A DNA stretch of 48,080 nt, from positions 1-48,080 of the forward strand of contig DATLDA010000057.1 of assembly GCA_035526135.1 (NCBI GenBank), in the 5' to 3' direction. Made by a program: the position numbers and the translations under genes. The notes beneath the pieces were generated by a model that did no database searches, was not told the origin of the DNA, and saw only the letters and a list, made by a program, of their open reading frames with translations. This stretch comes from Flavitalea sp. (GTDB taxonomy: Bacteria > Bacteroidota > Bacteroidia > Chitinophagales > Chitinophagaceae). The first letter of the stretch is position 1, and the number at the start of each line of letters is the position of its first letter. This document shows positions 1 through 9,828 of this stretch, one piece after another.

Positions 1-1818
1 TTCCGGGAAATATCTTTCAACATAGAAGAAGGCGATAAAATTGCGCTCATCGCTCGCAATGGCAGTGGAAAATCCACTCTCCTTAAAATTCTTGCCGGTA
101 AAGAAACTGTCGATTCGGGGAAGGTCTGGATTCACAAAGATGTAACGGTTGCGCTCTTCGAACAAGACCCGGTGTTCGATGACAACAAAACTGTTTTGGA
201 AAATATCTTTAACCATGCGCATCCCGTGTTGGATGCCATCAAATCCTACGAAGCAGCCACCGAGCTGGAAGACGGGGAAGCAATGGGTGAAGCGATCATT
301 AAAATGGATGAATTGAATGCGTGGGATTTTGATTCAAAAGTGAAACAGATACTCGGGAAATTGAACGTCCACCATTTACAGCAAACAGCTGGAAAACTAT
401 CAGGAGGGCAGCGAAAAAGAGTTGCCCTTGCGAAAACCCTGATCGATATCGGGTTCGAGCATAAGCATGTTTTATTGATCATGGATGAACCCACCAATCA
501 CCTTGACGTGTCAATGGTGGAGTGGCTAGAAAATTATCTGAATCAGGAAAGAGTTACGCTGATCCTCGTGACACATGACCGGTATTTTTTGGAAACTGTC
601 TGTGAAGAAATCTGGGAACTGGACAGCAGTAATCTATACACTTATCACGGTGACTATGAAAATTATCTGGAAAAAAAAGCAGCCCGTACCGAAAGTGAAA
701 TAGCGAGTATTGACAAAGCCAAAAACCTGTATCGCAAAGAACTGGAATGGATAAGAAAGCAACCGAAAGCACGTACCACCAAAAGTAAAAGCCGGGTGGA
801 TGCATTCACAGCTGTCGAATCCAAAGCCAAAGAAAAAGTGGAAGATTCCAGAATGGAATTGCAGGTTAAAATGTCGCGGTTAGGAGGAAAGGTTGTTGAA
901 CTGAAGAAAATCAATAAGTCTTATGGCGAGCATAAGATTCTAAAAAGTTTCGATTATACTTTCAAGAAAGGCGAACGTATCGGAGTGGTGGGAAAGAATG
1001 GAGTCGGTAAATCGACATTCCTGAATATTTTACAGGGACTCGAATCCCCCGATAGTGGAAAAGTAAATATTGGTGAAACTGTGGTCTTTGGAAATTATTC
1101 GCAGCAGGGACTCGTGATCAAAGATGATGTGCGGGTAATTGAATTCGTTAAGAACATCGCCGAACATTTTCCACTGGCAGATGGGAGTACCATGAGTGCG
1201 TCGCAATTCCTGAACCTGTTTTTATTTCCACCTGAACAACAATACACTTTCATTTCCAAACTAAGCGGTGGAGAAAAAAGGCGATTGCATCTTTTATCTA
1301 TCCTATTCCGCAATCCGAATTTTCTGATTCTCGATGAGCCCACCAATGATCTCGACCTGCCAACACTGGGTGTGGTTGAAAATTTTCTGAGTGATTATCC
1401 GGGATGCCTTTTGATCGTATCACACGACAGGTATTTCATGGATCGGCTGGTAGATCACCTCTTCGTATTTGAAGGAGACGGTAACATTAAAGATTTTCCC
1501 GGCAATTACTCGCAATATCGAATCTGGCTGAAAGAACAGGAATCAGAAGTGCAGGATATCGTGCCGGTGATTAGAGCTACTTCGGAACCAAACGAGAAAA
1601 GAAAGTGGTCGTTCAAGGAAAAACGTGAATTTGAATTATTGCATGCCGAAATTATAAAACTGAATACCGAAAAAGAAAACATTCACAGGCAATTGTCAGA
1701 AGGAAAGATCTCTTATGAGCAATCACAGGAAATTTATAACAGGATCGGTGAGATCACGCGATTGCTGGATGAAAAAGAATTGAGATGGCTCGAGCTCAGC
1801 GAAATGACGGAACAATAA
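1..1818 (+). CDS. ABC-F family ATPase (Uup/YheS-like), 5' end truncated by the window edge
   Basis: The frame is open from base 1, so the track start at 172 is an internal GTG. Two ABC cassettes are present: Walker A ARNGSGKST and GKNGVGKST, signatures LSGGQRKRVALA and LSGGEKRRLHLL, Walker B LLIMDEPTNHLD and FLILDEPTNDLD. There are no TM segments and the C-terminus is a charged coiled coil. Confidence 0.9.
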   Translation, partial: FREISFNIEEGDKIALIARNGSGKSTLLKILAGKETVDSGKVWIHKDVTVALFEQDPVFDDNKTVLENIFNHAHPVLDAIKSYEAATELEDGEAMGEAIIKMDELNAWDFDSKVKQILGKLNVHHLQQTAGKLSGGQRKRVALAKTLIDIGFEHKHVLLIMDEPTNHLDVSMVEWLENYLNQERVTLILVTHDRYFLETVCEEIWELDSSNLYTYHGDYENYLEKKAARTESEIASIDKAKNLYRKELEWIRKQPKARTTKSKSRVDAFTAVESKAKEKVEDSRMELQVKMSRLGGKVVELKKINKSYGEHKILKSFDYTFKKGERIGVVGKNGVGKSTFLNILQGLESPDSGKVNIGETVVFGNYSQQGLVIKDDVRVIEFVKNIAEHFPLADGSTMSASQFLNLFLFPPEQQYTFISKLSGGEKRRLHLLSILFRNPNFLILDEPTNDLDLPTLGVVENFLSDYPGCLLIVSHDRYFMDRLVDHLFVFEGDGNIKDFPGNYSQYRIWLKEQESEVQDIVPVIRATSEPNEKRKWSFKEKREFELLHAEIIKLNTEKENIHRQLSEGKISYEQSQEIYNRIGEITRLLDEKELRWLELSEMTEQ

Positions 1819-1883
1819 TTCAGGTAATTGCAGGTAGTGTACCGTTACTCCCGTATTTTTATCAAACAAACAAAGGATAACAC

Positions 1884-3404
1884 ATGAGAAAATTGTTAGT
1901 GATATTAACTATACTGGTATTTGCAAAAGGTTATGCGCAAAAAATTCCTAACCCCGTACCGTATGCGAAAACGATTACTGCAGACGATCTCAAAAAACAT
2001 CTGTATATCATTGCAGGAAAAGATATGGAAGGCCGGGAAACGGCAACCGAGGGTCAGCGGAAAGCGGCAGCGTACATTGAAAATCATTTCCGGAGCATCG
2101 GACTTAAGGCAGGCAATAACAATAGTTTTCAAATGATGTATCCTGTATTTCAGGATTCATTGACAAAAGCAACGCTTGAGATCAATGACAAATCGTTTGC
2201 ATTGGATAAGGACTTTGCTGTAGGGGGCACCGGCTATAATTTTAGTCTGATGGGCAGTGAGGTAGCATTTGCCGGTTATGGAATAAGTGACTCTTTGCGC
2301 GATGATTATAAAGGGATCAATGCACGGGGACGCATCGTTTTGATTTTTGGCGGCACTCCTCCAGTTACAGGCAATAATCAACGCCGGCCGTCCTCCCAGG
2401 CTTCCATCATCGAGGCTGCCCAGAGAAACGGTGCTGCGGCGATCCTTCTTGTACAACCGGGCTTTCCACGCCGTCCGGGAAATGTCCGAGGCAACCAATA
2501 CCTGAATGCCTTCAGGCGTACCAATAATCCCAACACTTTTTTTATATCCGAAGATGTGGCAAAGACCATACTGGGTACTGATTTTTCAGCTGCTTCAGAA
2601 GGGATAAAAAATGGAAATGCGCAATCAAAGATCTACACGGCAAACGTTAAGTTAGAGTTGAACCGGATCAGCACTTCTGTAGAAAGCAGTAACGTGTTGG
2701 GGTTTTTGGAAGGAACAGATAAAAAAGATGAGTGGGTTGTATTGACAGCCCATTATGATCACCTCGGAAAAAGAGGTGATAGTATCGTTTATTTTGGTGC
2801 AGATGATGACGGTTCAGGAACGGTAAGCATTCTGGAATTGGCGGAAGCATTTGCGAAGGCAAAAGAAGCGGGAAAGGGACCACGAAGAAGCATGTTGTTT
2901 ATGACAGTTTCAGGAGAGGAAAAAGGCTTATGGGGTTCTGCCTATTATGGAGATCACCCGGCTTTTCCGCTGGATAAAACAACAGTAAATCTCAACATCG
3001 ATATGATCGGAAGGATCGACCCGAAAAGAAAAATCGGTGACTCGCTGAACTATGTATATGTTGTTGGCGATGATAAACTGAGCACCGATCTGCGGCCAAT
3101 CAGCGAGGCGATGAATAAAAAATATACAAAACTGGAGCTTGATTACAAGTACAATGATCCGAAGGATATGGAAAGAATTTATTTCCGCAGCGACCATTAT
3201 AATTTTGCGCGTAAGGGAGTTCCCATCATATTTTACTTTAACGGAACGCATAACGACTACCATCGACCTACCGATACTCCGGATAAGATCAATTATCCAC
3301 TGATGGCAAAAAGAGCGCAACTTGTATTCTACACCGCCTGGGAAATGGCTAACCGAAATGATATGTTGAAACGTGATTTAAGTTTAGATGTAGGAAACAG
3401 GTAA
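1884..3404 (+). CDS. M28 family zinc aminopeptidase with PA domain, secreted
   Basis: Signal peptide MRKLLVILTILVFAKGYAQ. M28 metal-ligand blocks are present: TAHYDHLG, GADDDGSGT, SGEEKGLWGS, and HNDYHRPTD near the C-terminus. Confidence 0.85.
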   Translation: MRKLLVILTILVFAKGYAQKIPNPVPYAKTITADDLKKHLYIIAGKDMEGRETATEGQRKAAAYIENHFRSIGLKAGNNNSFQMMYPVFQDSLTKATLEINDKSFALDKDFAVGGTGYNFSLMGSEVAFAGYGISDSLRDDYKGINARGRIVLIFGGTPPVTGNNQRRPSSQASIIEAAQRNGAAAILLVQPGFPRRPGNVRGNQYLNAFRRTNNPNTFFISEDVAKTILGTDFSAASEGIKNGNAQSKIYTANVKLELNRISTSVESSNVLGFLEGTDKKDEWVVLTAHYDHLGKRGDSIVYFGADDDGSGTVSILELAEAFAKAKEAGKGPRRSMLFMTVSGEEKGLWGSAYYGDHPAFPLDKTTVNLNIDMIGRIDPKRKIGDSLNYVYVVGDDKLSTDLRPISEAMNKKYTKLELDYKYNDPKDMERIYFRSDHYNFARKGVPIIFYFNGTHNDYHRPTDTPDKINYPLMAKRAQLVFYTAWEMANRNDMLKRDLSLDVGNR

Positions 3405-3438
3405 AATTTTAGATTTTAGATTTGCGATTTTAGACTTG
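3404..3438. repeat. Heptad-periodic tandem array: aaatttt agatttt agatttg cgatttt agacttg
   Basis: Five consecutive 7-nt units start at the stop codon of the M28 gene. I found no complementary partner array in this spacer. Confidence 0.7.
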
Positions 3439-3559
3439 TCCTGAGTGAGGCGAAGGATCTGTTTGCAATCAAAGAATTTCACGCAAAGACGCAAATTAAG
3501 CAAAGACGCAATGTTTATAAAGCCTGGAAATTAATGGATCCAGAGATTCGGTTTAAAGG

Positions 3560-3587
3560 GATAGCTGACAGCTGATTGCTGATAGCC
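3560..3587. repeat. Heptad-periodic tandem array: gatagct gacagct gattgct gatagcc
   Basis: Four 7-nt units of the GCTGAT/CAGCTG word family lie just downstream of the MFS gene stop. The same word family recurs at 13196-13234, 14566-14666 and 28424-28591. Confidence 0.7.
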
Positions 3588-3594
3588 ATTTTCT

Positions 3595-4782
3595 TCAGGA
3601 CCGGTTCAGTAACAAAAAGCCACCTCCCGCGATCATACATACAGCGGCAACGATCCACCACAACACGGAAAAACCGGCGGTCTGCGCGATCTGCGAACCG
3701 AAAAGCGGACCACACGTTTGTGCGATGGACCATGCAATCGTATAAAGGCCTGCATATTGACCGCGGTTATGTTCTGCTGTTCTTGAAATCCAGAAAGAAT
3801 TCATGAACGGCATAGACAGCATTTCTCCAAACGTAATCAGTACCATCATCAGGATTGCCATTTGGTGATTCATCGGAAAAATATTCAACATCAGAAACGC
3901 CAGCCCGCAAAGAAAAACACCACGGCCGATATACCAGGTCGTTGTTCGTTTCCCTTCCAGGTGAAATATCAATATCATTTCCACCAAAACGATGATGATA
4001 CCATTGACTGCTCCCAGCAAACCGATAAATCGTTCGGTAAATCCGAGCTCTATTTTGTAATAAGCATTTATATTATTGAACATCTGGAAAAAACATCCTG
4101 CAAATAAAATAGTGAGGAATATGAAGAGAAGAAACTTTTTATCACGATAGGCACTTGTGGAAGTAGCAACAATTCTTTTCGGTTGATTTAAGTTCAGGCG
4201 TTTCGCTGCAGGCAGTACAACAAGCATCAGCAGGGCAGCCATTATATTGGTAATGCCATCCACCCAAAACAGCAATTCATAATTTATTGAGGCAAGAAAA
4301 CCTCCCACCGCACTTCCGACTGCCCATCCGAGATTAATGGCGAGCCTGTTGAGCGCATAGGAACGCGTACGGTTGTTGTCGGCGCTGTAATAAACAATTG
4401 CTGTTGAATTTGCAGGTCGGAAGGCTTCGTTTACGAGGCTCAGTAAAAATGTAAAAACACAAATCGAATTGTAGGATTTCATCTGACCGAGCAGGATGAA
4501 TAATAATCCTCCACCCGTTAGGGTAATAAACTGCACCGGATAAAATCCGATCCTGTCAGTAAGCTTTCCACCGAGAAATCCGCCTGCAATCGCTCCCAAT
4601 CCGAAAAATGCGATCACGAGTCCGGCCTCTCCGATTGTGAAACCCATTTCGGGCCGGATCAGGTAGATCATCATAAATGGCACCACCATCGTACCACTCC
4701 TGTTGATCAACATGATCAGAGATAACCACCAGGTGGAAGACGAGAGCCCTGAATATGCATTGCGGTAAAGGGTGAAAATCAA
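3595..4782 (-). CDS. MFS transporter
   Basis: About 12 hydrophobic segments, with an N-terminal YRNAYSGLSSSTWWLSLIMLINRSGTMVVPFMMIYL block typical of MFS_1 proteins. The start codon appears to be TTG, so the start is less certain. Confidence 0.8.
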   Translation of the reverse strand: MIFTLYRNAYSGLSSSTWWLSLIMLINRSGTMVVPFMMIYLIRPEMGFTIGEAGLVIAFFGLGAIAGGFLGGKLTDRIGFYPVQFITLTGGGLLFILLGQMKSYNSICVFTFLLSLVNEAFRPANSTAIVYYSADNNRTRSYALNRLAINLGWAVGSAVGGFLASINYELLFWVDGITNIMAALLMLVVLPAAKRLNLNQPKRIVATSTSAYRDKKFLLFIFLTILFAGCFFQMFNNINAYYKIELGFTERFIGLLGAVNGIIIVLVEMILIFHLEGKRTTTWYIGRGVFLCGLAFLMLNIFPMNHQMAILMMVLITFGEMLSMPFMNSFWISRTAEHNRGQYAGLYTIAWSIAQTCGPLFGSQIAQTAGFSVLWWIVAAVCMIAGGGFLLLNRS

Positions 4783-4860
4783 ATTAAAAATTAGAAATGA
4801 AAAATGAAAACCGATTCTTCATCAATTTTACATTTTACATTTTACATTTTTGATTTTTCC
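4774..4860. repeat. AT-rich heptad arrays in an imperfect inverted pair, between the DUF4197 stop and the MFS start
   Basis: The right arm is attttac x3 followed by atttttg and atttttcc (4825-4860). The left arm gaaaatcaaattaaaaattagaaatgaaaaatgaaaa is its imperfect reverse complement; the outer segments gaaaatcaaa and tttgatttttc pair. Confidence 0.65.
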
Positions 4861-5595
4861 TCAGTTCGCGAAAACTTTCCGGAGAATGTCTGTTACCCGG
4901 GCTGCTGGGTCTTTACGTATTTTTTGTTCTTCAAGAGCAACCTGATAAAAAAGTCCGCTCAGCGCTCTCTCCGTAACATAAGCCGGTAAATCGGTATTTA
5001 CTTTTTTGAAAGTCGTCGGGAGTTTATTGTACGTATCAAATACATCTTTCCAGTATCTGGTCGCATTCGTTTGTTGTAGTGCGTCCTCAATCACGGGACG
5101 AAATGCTGAAGTGAGGGCAGGTTGGGTTTTACCTTTCAGATAAACGGTTGCAGCAGAATCATGTCCTTTTAATATTCCGAATGCATCCTGAAAACTCATT
5201 TGTTTTACAGCATCAATAAAGATCGGCGCAGCAGATTTGGACGCCTGTTCTGCGGCGCGGTTCATGGAAAGGATTGCTTTGTCTACCATTTGTCCCATAC
5301 CCGCTGCACGTAAAGTTTTTTCCACTTTCCTTGCTTCTTCGGGCATAAGTACTTTGATCACGGCATTGGCAAAAAATCCATCAGTAGCTGAAAGTTTTGA
5401 GGCGCTGTTCTGCGCTCCTACCGATAAGGCTTCTTTCAGGCCGGCAACAATATCTTCGTTCGAAAGTGCACCCGATTTCCCACCTTTCACTTTATTGATG
5501 AGCCCACCGGCTTTTTTAAACAAACCGTCACCCGATGATTGGGCGATTGAAAAAACAGACTGGAATATTAGGGCCGCGAGGAGAAATAATTTCAT
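4861..5595 (-). CDS. DUF4197 domain protein, secreted
   Basis: Signal peptide MKLFLLAALIFQSVFSIAQ. It carries the blocks I recognise from DUF4197 proteins (IVAGLKEALSVG, DGFF.NA.IKVLMPEE, YLK..T...L...F.P). Confidence 0.7.
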   Translation of the reverse strand: MKLFLLAALIFQSVFSIAQSSGDGLFKKAGGLINKVKGGKSGALSNEDIVAGLKEALSVGAQNSASKLSATDGFFANAVIKVLMPEEARKVEKTLRAAGMGQMVDKAILSMNRAAEQASKSAAPIFIDAVKQMSFQDAFGILKGHDSAATVYLKGKTQPALTSAFRPVIEDALQQTNATRYWKDVFDTYNKLPTTFKKVNTDLPAYVTERALSGLFYQVALEEQKIRKDPAARVTDILRKVFAN

Positions 5596-5655
5596 AGATC
5601 AGATTTGAAACAAGATAACGCACGAATGCTGAAAAAATTTGTTAAGGGTTCGATC

Positions 5656-6129
5656 TTATTGCCATACAAATGCAGAATCCCTTGGCATAGAAGCGAATAC
5701 TGATTGGGCATGAGCGGTTGGAATTGTTAATTTTCGAAGGGATGTATCGATCCATGAACCATCAATGGTAAGAACGGCAGCGAGCGTATCAGCATTCTTG
5801 TAAATGTGATGCCGGATAGACCAACGGCTATAATCCTTACGCGCTGTTATGGCAGCCAAATCAATGGTCACAGCGTCGCCAAATTGTAATTCTTTTCTGA
5901 ACACACATTCCTCACGAAAAATAATTGGCCCGAACTTATGTTCCTGAAGATAGAATGGCGTGAGGCCGGCCTGTGTAAGAAATTGAATACGGGCATAAGC
6001 GCCAAAGTCATAATACACGGAATGACGAAGATGAAAATTCGGATCAAGGTCAGACCACCTGATCTCAACGGGCAAAATGAATTTTTCCATGCCTGAAAAG
6101 TACGTAAAGATGACATTCAGCTGATTCAT
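5656..6129 (-). CDS. Acyl-CoA thioesterase, hotdog fold (4HBT-like)
   Basis: About 150 aa with VEIRWSDLDPNFHLRHSVYYDF at the N-terminus, typical of YbgC/4HBT thioesterases. An alternative start is the MEKF ATG at 6090. Confidence 0.65.
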   Translation of the reverse strand: MNQLNVIFTYFSGMEKFILPVEIRWSDLDPNFHLRHSVYYDFGAYARIQFLTQAGLTPFYLQEHKFGPIIFREECVFRKELQFGDAVTIDLAAITARKDYSRWSIRHHIYKNADTLAAVLTIDGSWIDTSLRKLTIPTAHAQSVFASMPRDSAFVWQ

Positions 6130-6167
6130 TTAACGAATCCCGAACAGTGAAAAATAAATAATTTCTA

Positions 6168-6175
6168 TACTTTTG
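6168..6175 (+). promoter_or_regulatory. Bacteroidota -7 promoter box TAnnTTTG (TACTTTTG)
   Basis: Exact match to TAnnTTTG, 17 nt upstream of the FKBP gene ATG at 6193. Confidence 0.45.
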
Positions 6176-6192
6176 CGGCTCAAAATATTTAA

Positions 6193-6915
6193 ATGAAAAA
6201 ACTTCTTTTTTCCGTACTTCTTTCAGGTTTTTTTATGGGCCTGATTGCCCAGACATCTAAAAAGGCAAATCCTACGCGTGTTATAAAAACAGCAGGAACA
6301 AGTGCTCCTGCGAGAATGAAAAATTCCCTCGATTCTTTCAGTTATGCACTCGGGTTGAGCATTGCCAATTTTTATAAAGAACAGGGCGTAAAAAATATCA
6401 ATAATGCACTCGTATTAAAAGCGCTGGATGATCTGAAGGCAGGAAAGCCTTTGCTGAATGAAGCGCAAATCAATAATTGCATTGTGGGCTATATGCAAAC
6501 CATGAGCAGTGGGAAAGCGGCCGGTAATAAAAAAGCCGGGGAAGCATTTCTTGCAGAAAATAAAACGAAACAAGGAGTTGTAGCCCTTGCCAGTGGATTG
6601 CAATACCAGGTGATCAAAGCGGGGACAGGTGCAATACCTACTGTGAATGACAAGGTCAAAGTACATTATCATGGAACCCTGCTTGATGGAACCGTATTCG
6701 ACAGTTCTGTTGAAAGAGGAGAGCCGATTGAACTTTCTGTGAGTGGTGTGATCCCCGGATGGACTGAAGCTTTGCAATTGATGCCGGTCGGAAGCAAATG
6801 GAAACTTTTCATTCCGTCTTCACTTGCTTATGGAGATAATCAGGCAGGTCCCGCAATCAAACCAGGATCAACACTGATCTTTGAAGTGGAGTTGCTTGAT
6901 ATTGTAAAACAATGA
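6193..6915 (+). CDS. FKBP-type peptidyl-prolyl cis-trans isomerase (Mip/FklB-like), secreted
   Basis: Signal peptide, then an FKBP_N-like helical region. The C-terminal FKBP domain reads VKVHYHGTLLDGTVFDSSVERGEPIELSVSGVIPGWTEALQLMPVGSKWKLFIPSSLAYGD. Confidence 0.9.
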   Translation: MKKLLFSVLLSGFFMGLIAQTSKKANPTRVIKTAGTSAPARMKNSLDSFSYALGLSIANFYKEQGVKNINNALVLKALDDLKAGKPLLNEAQINNCIVGYMQTMSSGKAAGNKKAGEAFLAENKTKQGVVALASGLQYQVIKAGTGAIPTVNDKVKVHYHGTLLDGTVFDSSVERGEPIELSVSGVIPGWTEALQLMPVGSKWKLFIPSSLAYGDNQAGPAIKPGSTLIFEVELLDIVKQ

Positions 6916-7016
6916 AAAATTAAAAATTAAAAATTAAATGCAGTTGATAAATCCATTAGTAAAGAAATTTTCAATTTCCTTTTGAATTGCATTTTGAATT
7001 TTTAATTTTTAATTTC
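6915..7016. repeat. Inverted pair of AAAAATT heptad arrays spanning the whole convergent spacer
   Basis: The left arm aaaaatt x3 (6915-6938) has a 19-nt perfect complement in the right arm gaatttttaatttttaatttc (6996-7016). Pairing extends imperfectly inward (aaatgcagttga versus tgaattgcattt). Confidence 0.75.
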
Positions 7017-8669
7017 TTACTTGTACAGCAGATCATAGTACTCAGCCGCCATTCTTCCTGATTCAAACTGAAAGCGTACATCACGCATTCCGTTTTTAGC
7101 GACCTGTCTCCAGGTATCATATTTATCATAGTAAAGTGGTAGGATCTCATTTTCAAGAATTTCATAGATCCGGTCCAGGTCATATTGATCCTGCTGCTGA
7201 ACCGTCATGTTGTTATAATCAGCCATGGGTACCACGAAACCGTTGTTACCATGATGTATAAATTCCGGAATCCATCCATCGTTGGTAGAAAAATTTACTG
7301 ATCCGTTCATGGCAGCAGTCATTCCGCTCGTTCCGGATGCTTCCCTGGGAACGCGCGGGTTGTTCAACCAGAGGTCTGAAGCCTGCTTCATGCGCTTGGA
7401 GAGCGTCAGTTCATATCCGATCAGCACGGCCACATTTTTATAATTTTTACTCAGATGCACCAGGTTATTAAAATCATTGATGGCGGGATAATCCATTGGA
7501 TAAGGTTTTCCTGCCCACACAATCTGCACGGGATACTTTGTATTGGAAAGTAATTTTTCGAATCTCGCCTTATCACGCGTGATCAACTCCGCACGCTTAT
7601 AGCCGGCAAATCTTCTTGCCCAGACGATGGTAAAAATATTCGGATCATATAATTTGCCTGTCTGGTCGGCAACGATTTCAAAAGCCCTACGCTTAAGATA
7701 TTTTTTTCTGTCATCCCACCAACTGTCATTGGTCTCATCAAAGGCTTTTGACAATTGTTTATCGGCCCAATACCGCCAATTTTGCGAATTGGTAATTGAA
7801 ATGATCGGACAAATATTTTCATATTTACTCCACATGGCGCGGGAAACTTCACCATGGAGTTTCGATACTCCATTTGCAAGGTGTGCAAACCGTAAGGCCA
7901 CAAGCGAGTGATTGAACTGATCATCCTGAAGTCCGGTAAGTTTACGTACTTCATCAATACCCAGTCCGCAGAAATAACTCATTTTTTCACACAGGTGAAT
8001 ATCATGTTTTTCATTGCCGGCTTCTTCGGGTGTATGTGTAGTGAATACTAATCGTTTTTTTACATCTTCGAAGTTTCCGAATTTTTTATAGAGATAAAAT
8101 ACAGCCGAAACGCCATGCGCTTCATTCAGATGATATAATTCGGGATTGAAGCCGATCTCATCCATCAGCTTGGCACCACCTACTCCCAGTAAGATAAATT
8201 GCGCCACTTTCGTAGCAACATTTGCATCATACAATCGGTGTGTGATCGTTTGAGAAACATAATCATTTTCCGGAAGGTCTGTACTCAGCAGAAAAAGAGG
8301 TGCACTGTGAAATGTATCCGGATGCAGGTAAAAAACTTTTACCCAGACAGGGTGATCATGAATATTGATCTGGTATTTAATTCCGGTATCCTGCAGAAAA
8401 CTATATTGCTTTTCCATCCAGGTTACCTGCAATGTCTGATCCTGATTTCTTGCCTGGTCATAATATCCGTATTTCCATAAAATGCCCACCCCTACCAGGT
8501 TCTGTCGCAAATCAAATGCGCTGCGCAGGTGCGATCCCGAAAGAAAGCCAAGTCCGCCGCTGTAAATTTTCAAAGGCTGATGCACTGCAAATTCCATCGA
8601 GAAATAGGCTACTCTTTTTGCATACCGATCATCAACCTGATACGGAACTTTGAAATTGATAAAACTCAT
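7017..8669 (-). CDS. Alpha-glucan phosphorylase family (GT35) homologue with a non-canonical PLP site
   Basis: YFSMEFAVHQPLKIYSGGLGFLSGSH at the N-terminus. The motif EASGTSGMTAAMN matches the phosphorylase PLP-attachment pattern except that Lys is replaced by Thr (see findings). Confidence 0.8.
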   Translation of the reverse strand: MSFINFKVPYQVDDRYAKRVAYFSMEFAVHQPLKIYSGGLGFLSGSHLRSAFDLRQNLVGVGILWKYGYYDQARNQDQTLQVTWMEKQYSFLQDTGIKYQINIHDHPVWVKVFYLHPDTFHSAPLFLLSTDLPENDYVSQTITHRLYDANVATKVAQFILLGVGGAKLMDEIGFNPELYHLNEAHGVSAVFYLYKKFGNFEDVKKRLVFTTHTPEEAGNEKHDIHLCEKMSYFCGLGIDEVRKLTGLQDDQFNHSLVALRFAHLANGVSKLHGEVSRAMWSKYENICPIISITNSQNWRYWADKQLSKAFDETNDSWWDDRKKYLKRRAFEIVADQTGKLYDPNIFTIVWARRFAGYKRAELITRDKARFEKLLSNTKYPVQIVWAGKPYPMDYPAINDFNNLVHLSKNYKNVAVLIGYELTLSKRMKQASDLWLNNPRVPREASGTSGMTAAMNGSVNFSTNDGWIPEFIHHGNNGFVVPMADYNNMTVQQQDQYDLDRIYEILENEILPLYYDKYDTWRQVAKNGMRDVRFQFESGRMAAEYYDLLYK

Positions 8670-8789
8670 AAATCCTGGAAAAATTTAAGGCAGGTACGAA
8701 TTCAAAAAATATTTTGTGTACTTTCTACGCAAACCGGGCTGCAATATAATGGTTAAACTTCATACCTCATAGGGTAACAGCCACTGTAA

Positions 8790-9752
8790 TTATTGTGTGT
8801 TGTTCGGTTTCAAAGCTTTCGGTTTCACCACTTTTTTTCGTGGAAATGTTCCTTCAAAAAAACATTTAATATCACGGTAAGATCCGCAACCTGCGGTTTC
8901 TTTCAGGGTTACGGAAGTGGATGCAAACGAAAATTCCAGTGTACACGGATTTCCATTGGCGTGATATTCGGCGCGGTTGGCAGCGGTTATCCGGGCAGTT
9001 CCTCTGAGTTCTCCGATACAGCTCCCTTTGTCTTTTTCAAAATGTATAAAGAACAGTAGTTCTCCAGCTTTCTTTGCATCGCGGAATGAAACAATGTTTT
9101 CACTGTTGCGAATATAATCACCAGTGAATTTATTTTTTCTGGGAAAAGTATCAATCGGGTTGAATACTTTCTCGATCATTTCTTCATTTGGTTCGGTCAA
9201 TATCAAATTGAAAACGTTTCCTCCACTATTATAGACATAGACGTTCCGTTTGAAACTGGTTTCCCCATTAGGCAATTTCCGGTCGCGGTATGTGGTGATT
9301 TGAAATTTACGGTCAACGCTGCCATAGGCGCGTCCATATTTTTCCGGCCCTATCCGTACCAGAACAAGCGAATTTTGAAAATTTAATTTCTTATCCAGAC
9401 AAAGGACGTAACCAACTTTTTTTGCACCCTGCACAGCTTTGATGAAAAGATAAGTTTCATGATTCTTCTCTACGGCTCTGGCGAGCGGATAGATGAGCGG
9501 AGTGGATGTTTTTCCGAAATCAGCAGAAAACACCGTATCCGGAATAAATTGAGTGAGGAGGGAATAGGCAATTGCGGCAGAATCATTTTCTTTCCGCTGT
9601 AATCTATTATCGGATAATTCGTAGGGTAAATCCGCCTCGGGAAAAAACTGCAGAAAATCGTTTATCCCCACTTCACCCTCTTTCCGGGAGGTGGTATCCC
9701 CACCACATCCGGCGATCAATAAAACCAGTACATAACAGAATGCTATTCTCAT
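8790..9752 (-). CDS. Hypothetical lipoprotein
   Basis: Long ORF. I prefer the internal start MRIAFCYVLVLLIAGC (ATG at 9752) because it gives a signal peptide plus lipobox Cys. No family was recognised. Confidence 0.55.
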   Translation of the reverse strand: MRIAFCYVLVLLIAGCGGDTTSRKEGEVGINDFLQFFPEADLPYELSDNRLQRKENDSAAIAYSLLTQFIPDTVFSADFGKTSTPLIYPLARAVEKNHETYLFIKAVQGAKKVGYVLCLDKKLNFQNSLVLVRIGPEKYGRAYGSVDRKFQITTYRDRKLPNGETSFKRNVYVYNSGGNVFNLILTEPNEEMIEKVFNPIDTFPRKNKFTGDYIRNSENIVSFRDAKKAGELLFFIHFEKDKGSCIGELRGTARITAANRAEYHANGNPCTLEFSFASTSVTLKETAGCGSYRDIKCFFEGTFPRKKVVKPKALKPNNTQ

Positions 9753-9828
9753 AACGATACCTGATTGATAAAAATACCGATTCAATGCCACTCGTTTGAA
9801 AATATCTTTTGCTGAACAATAAATAATT

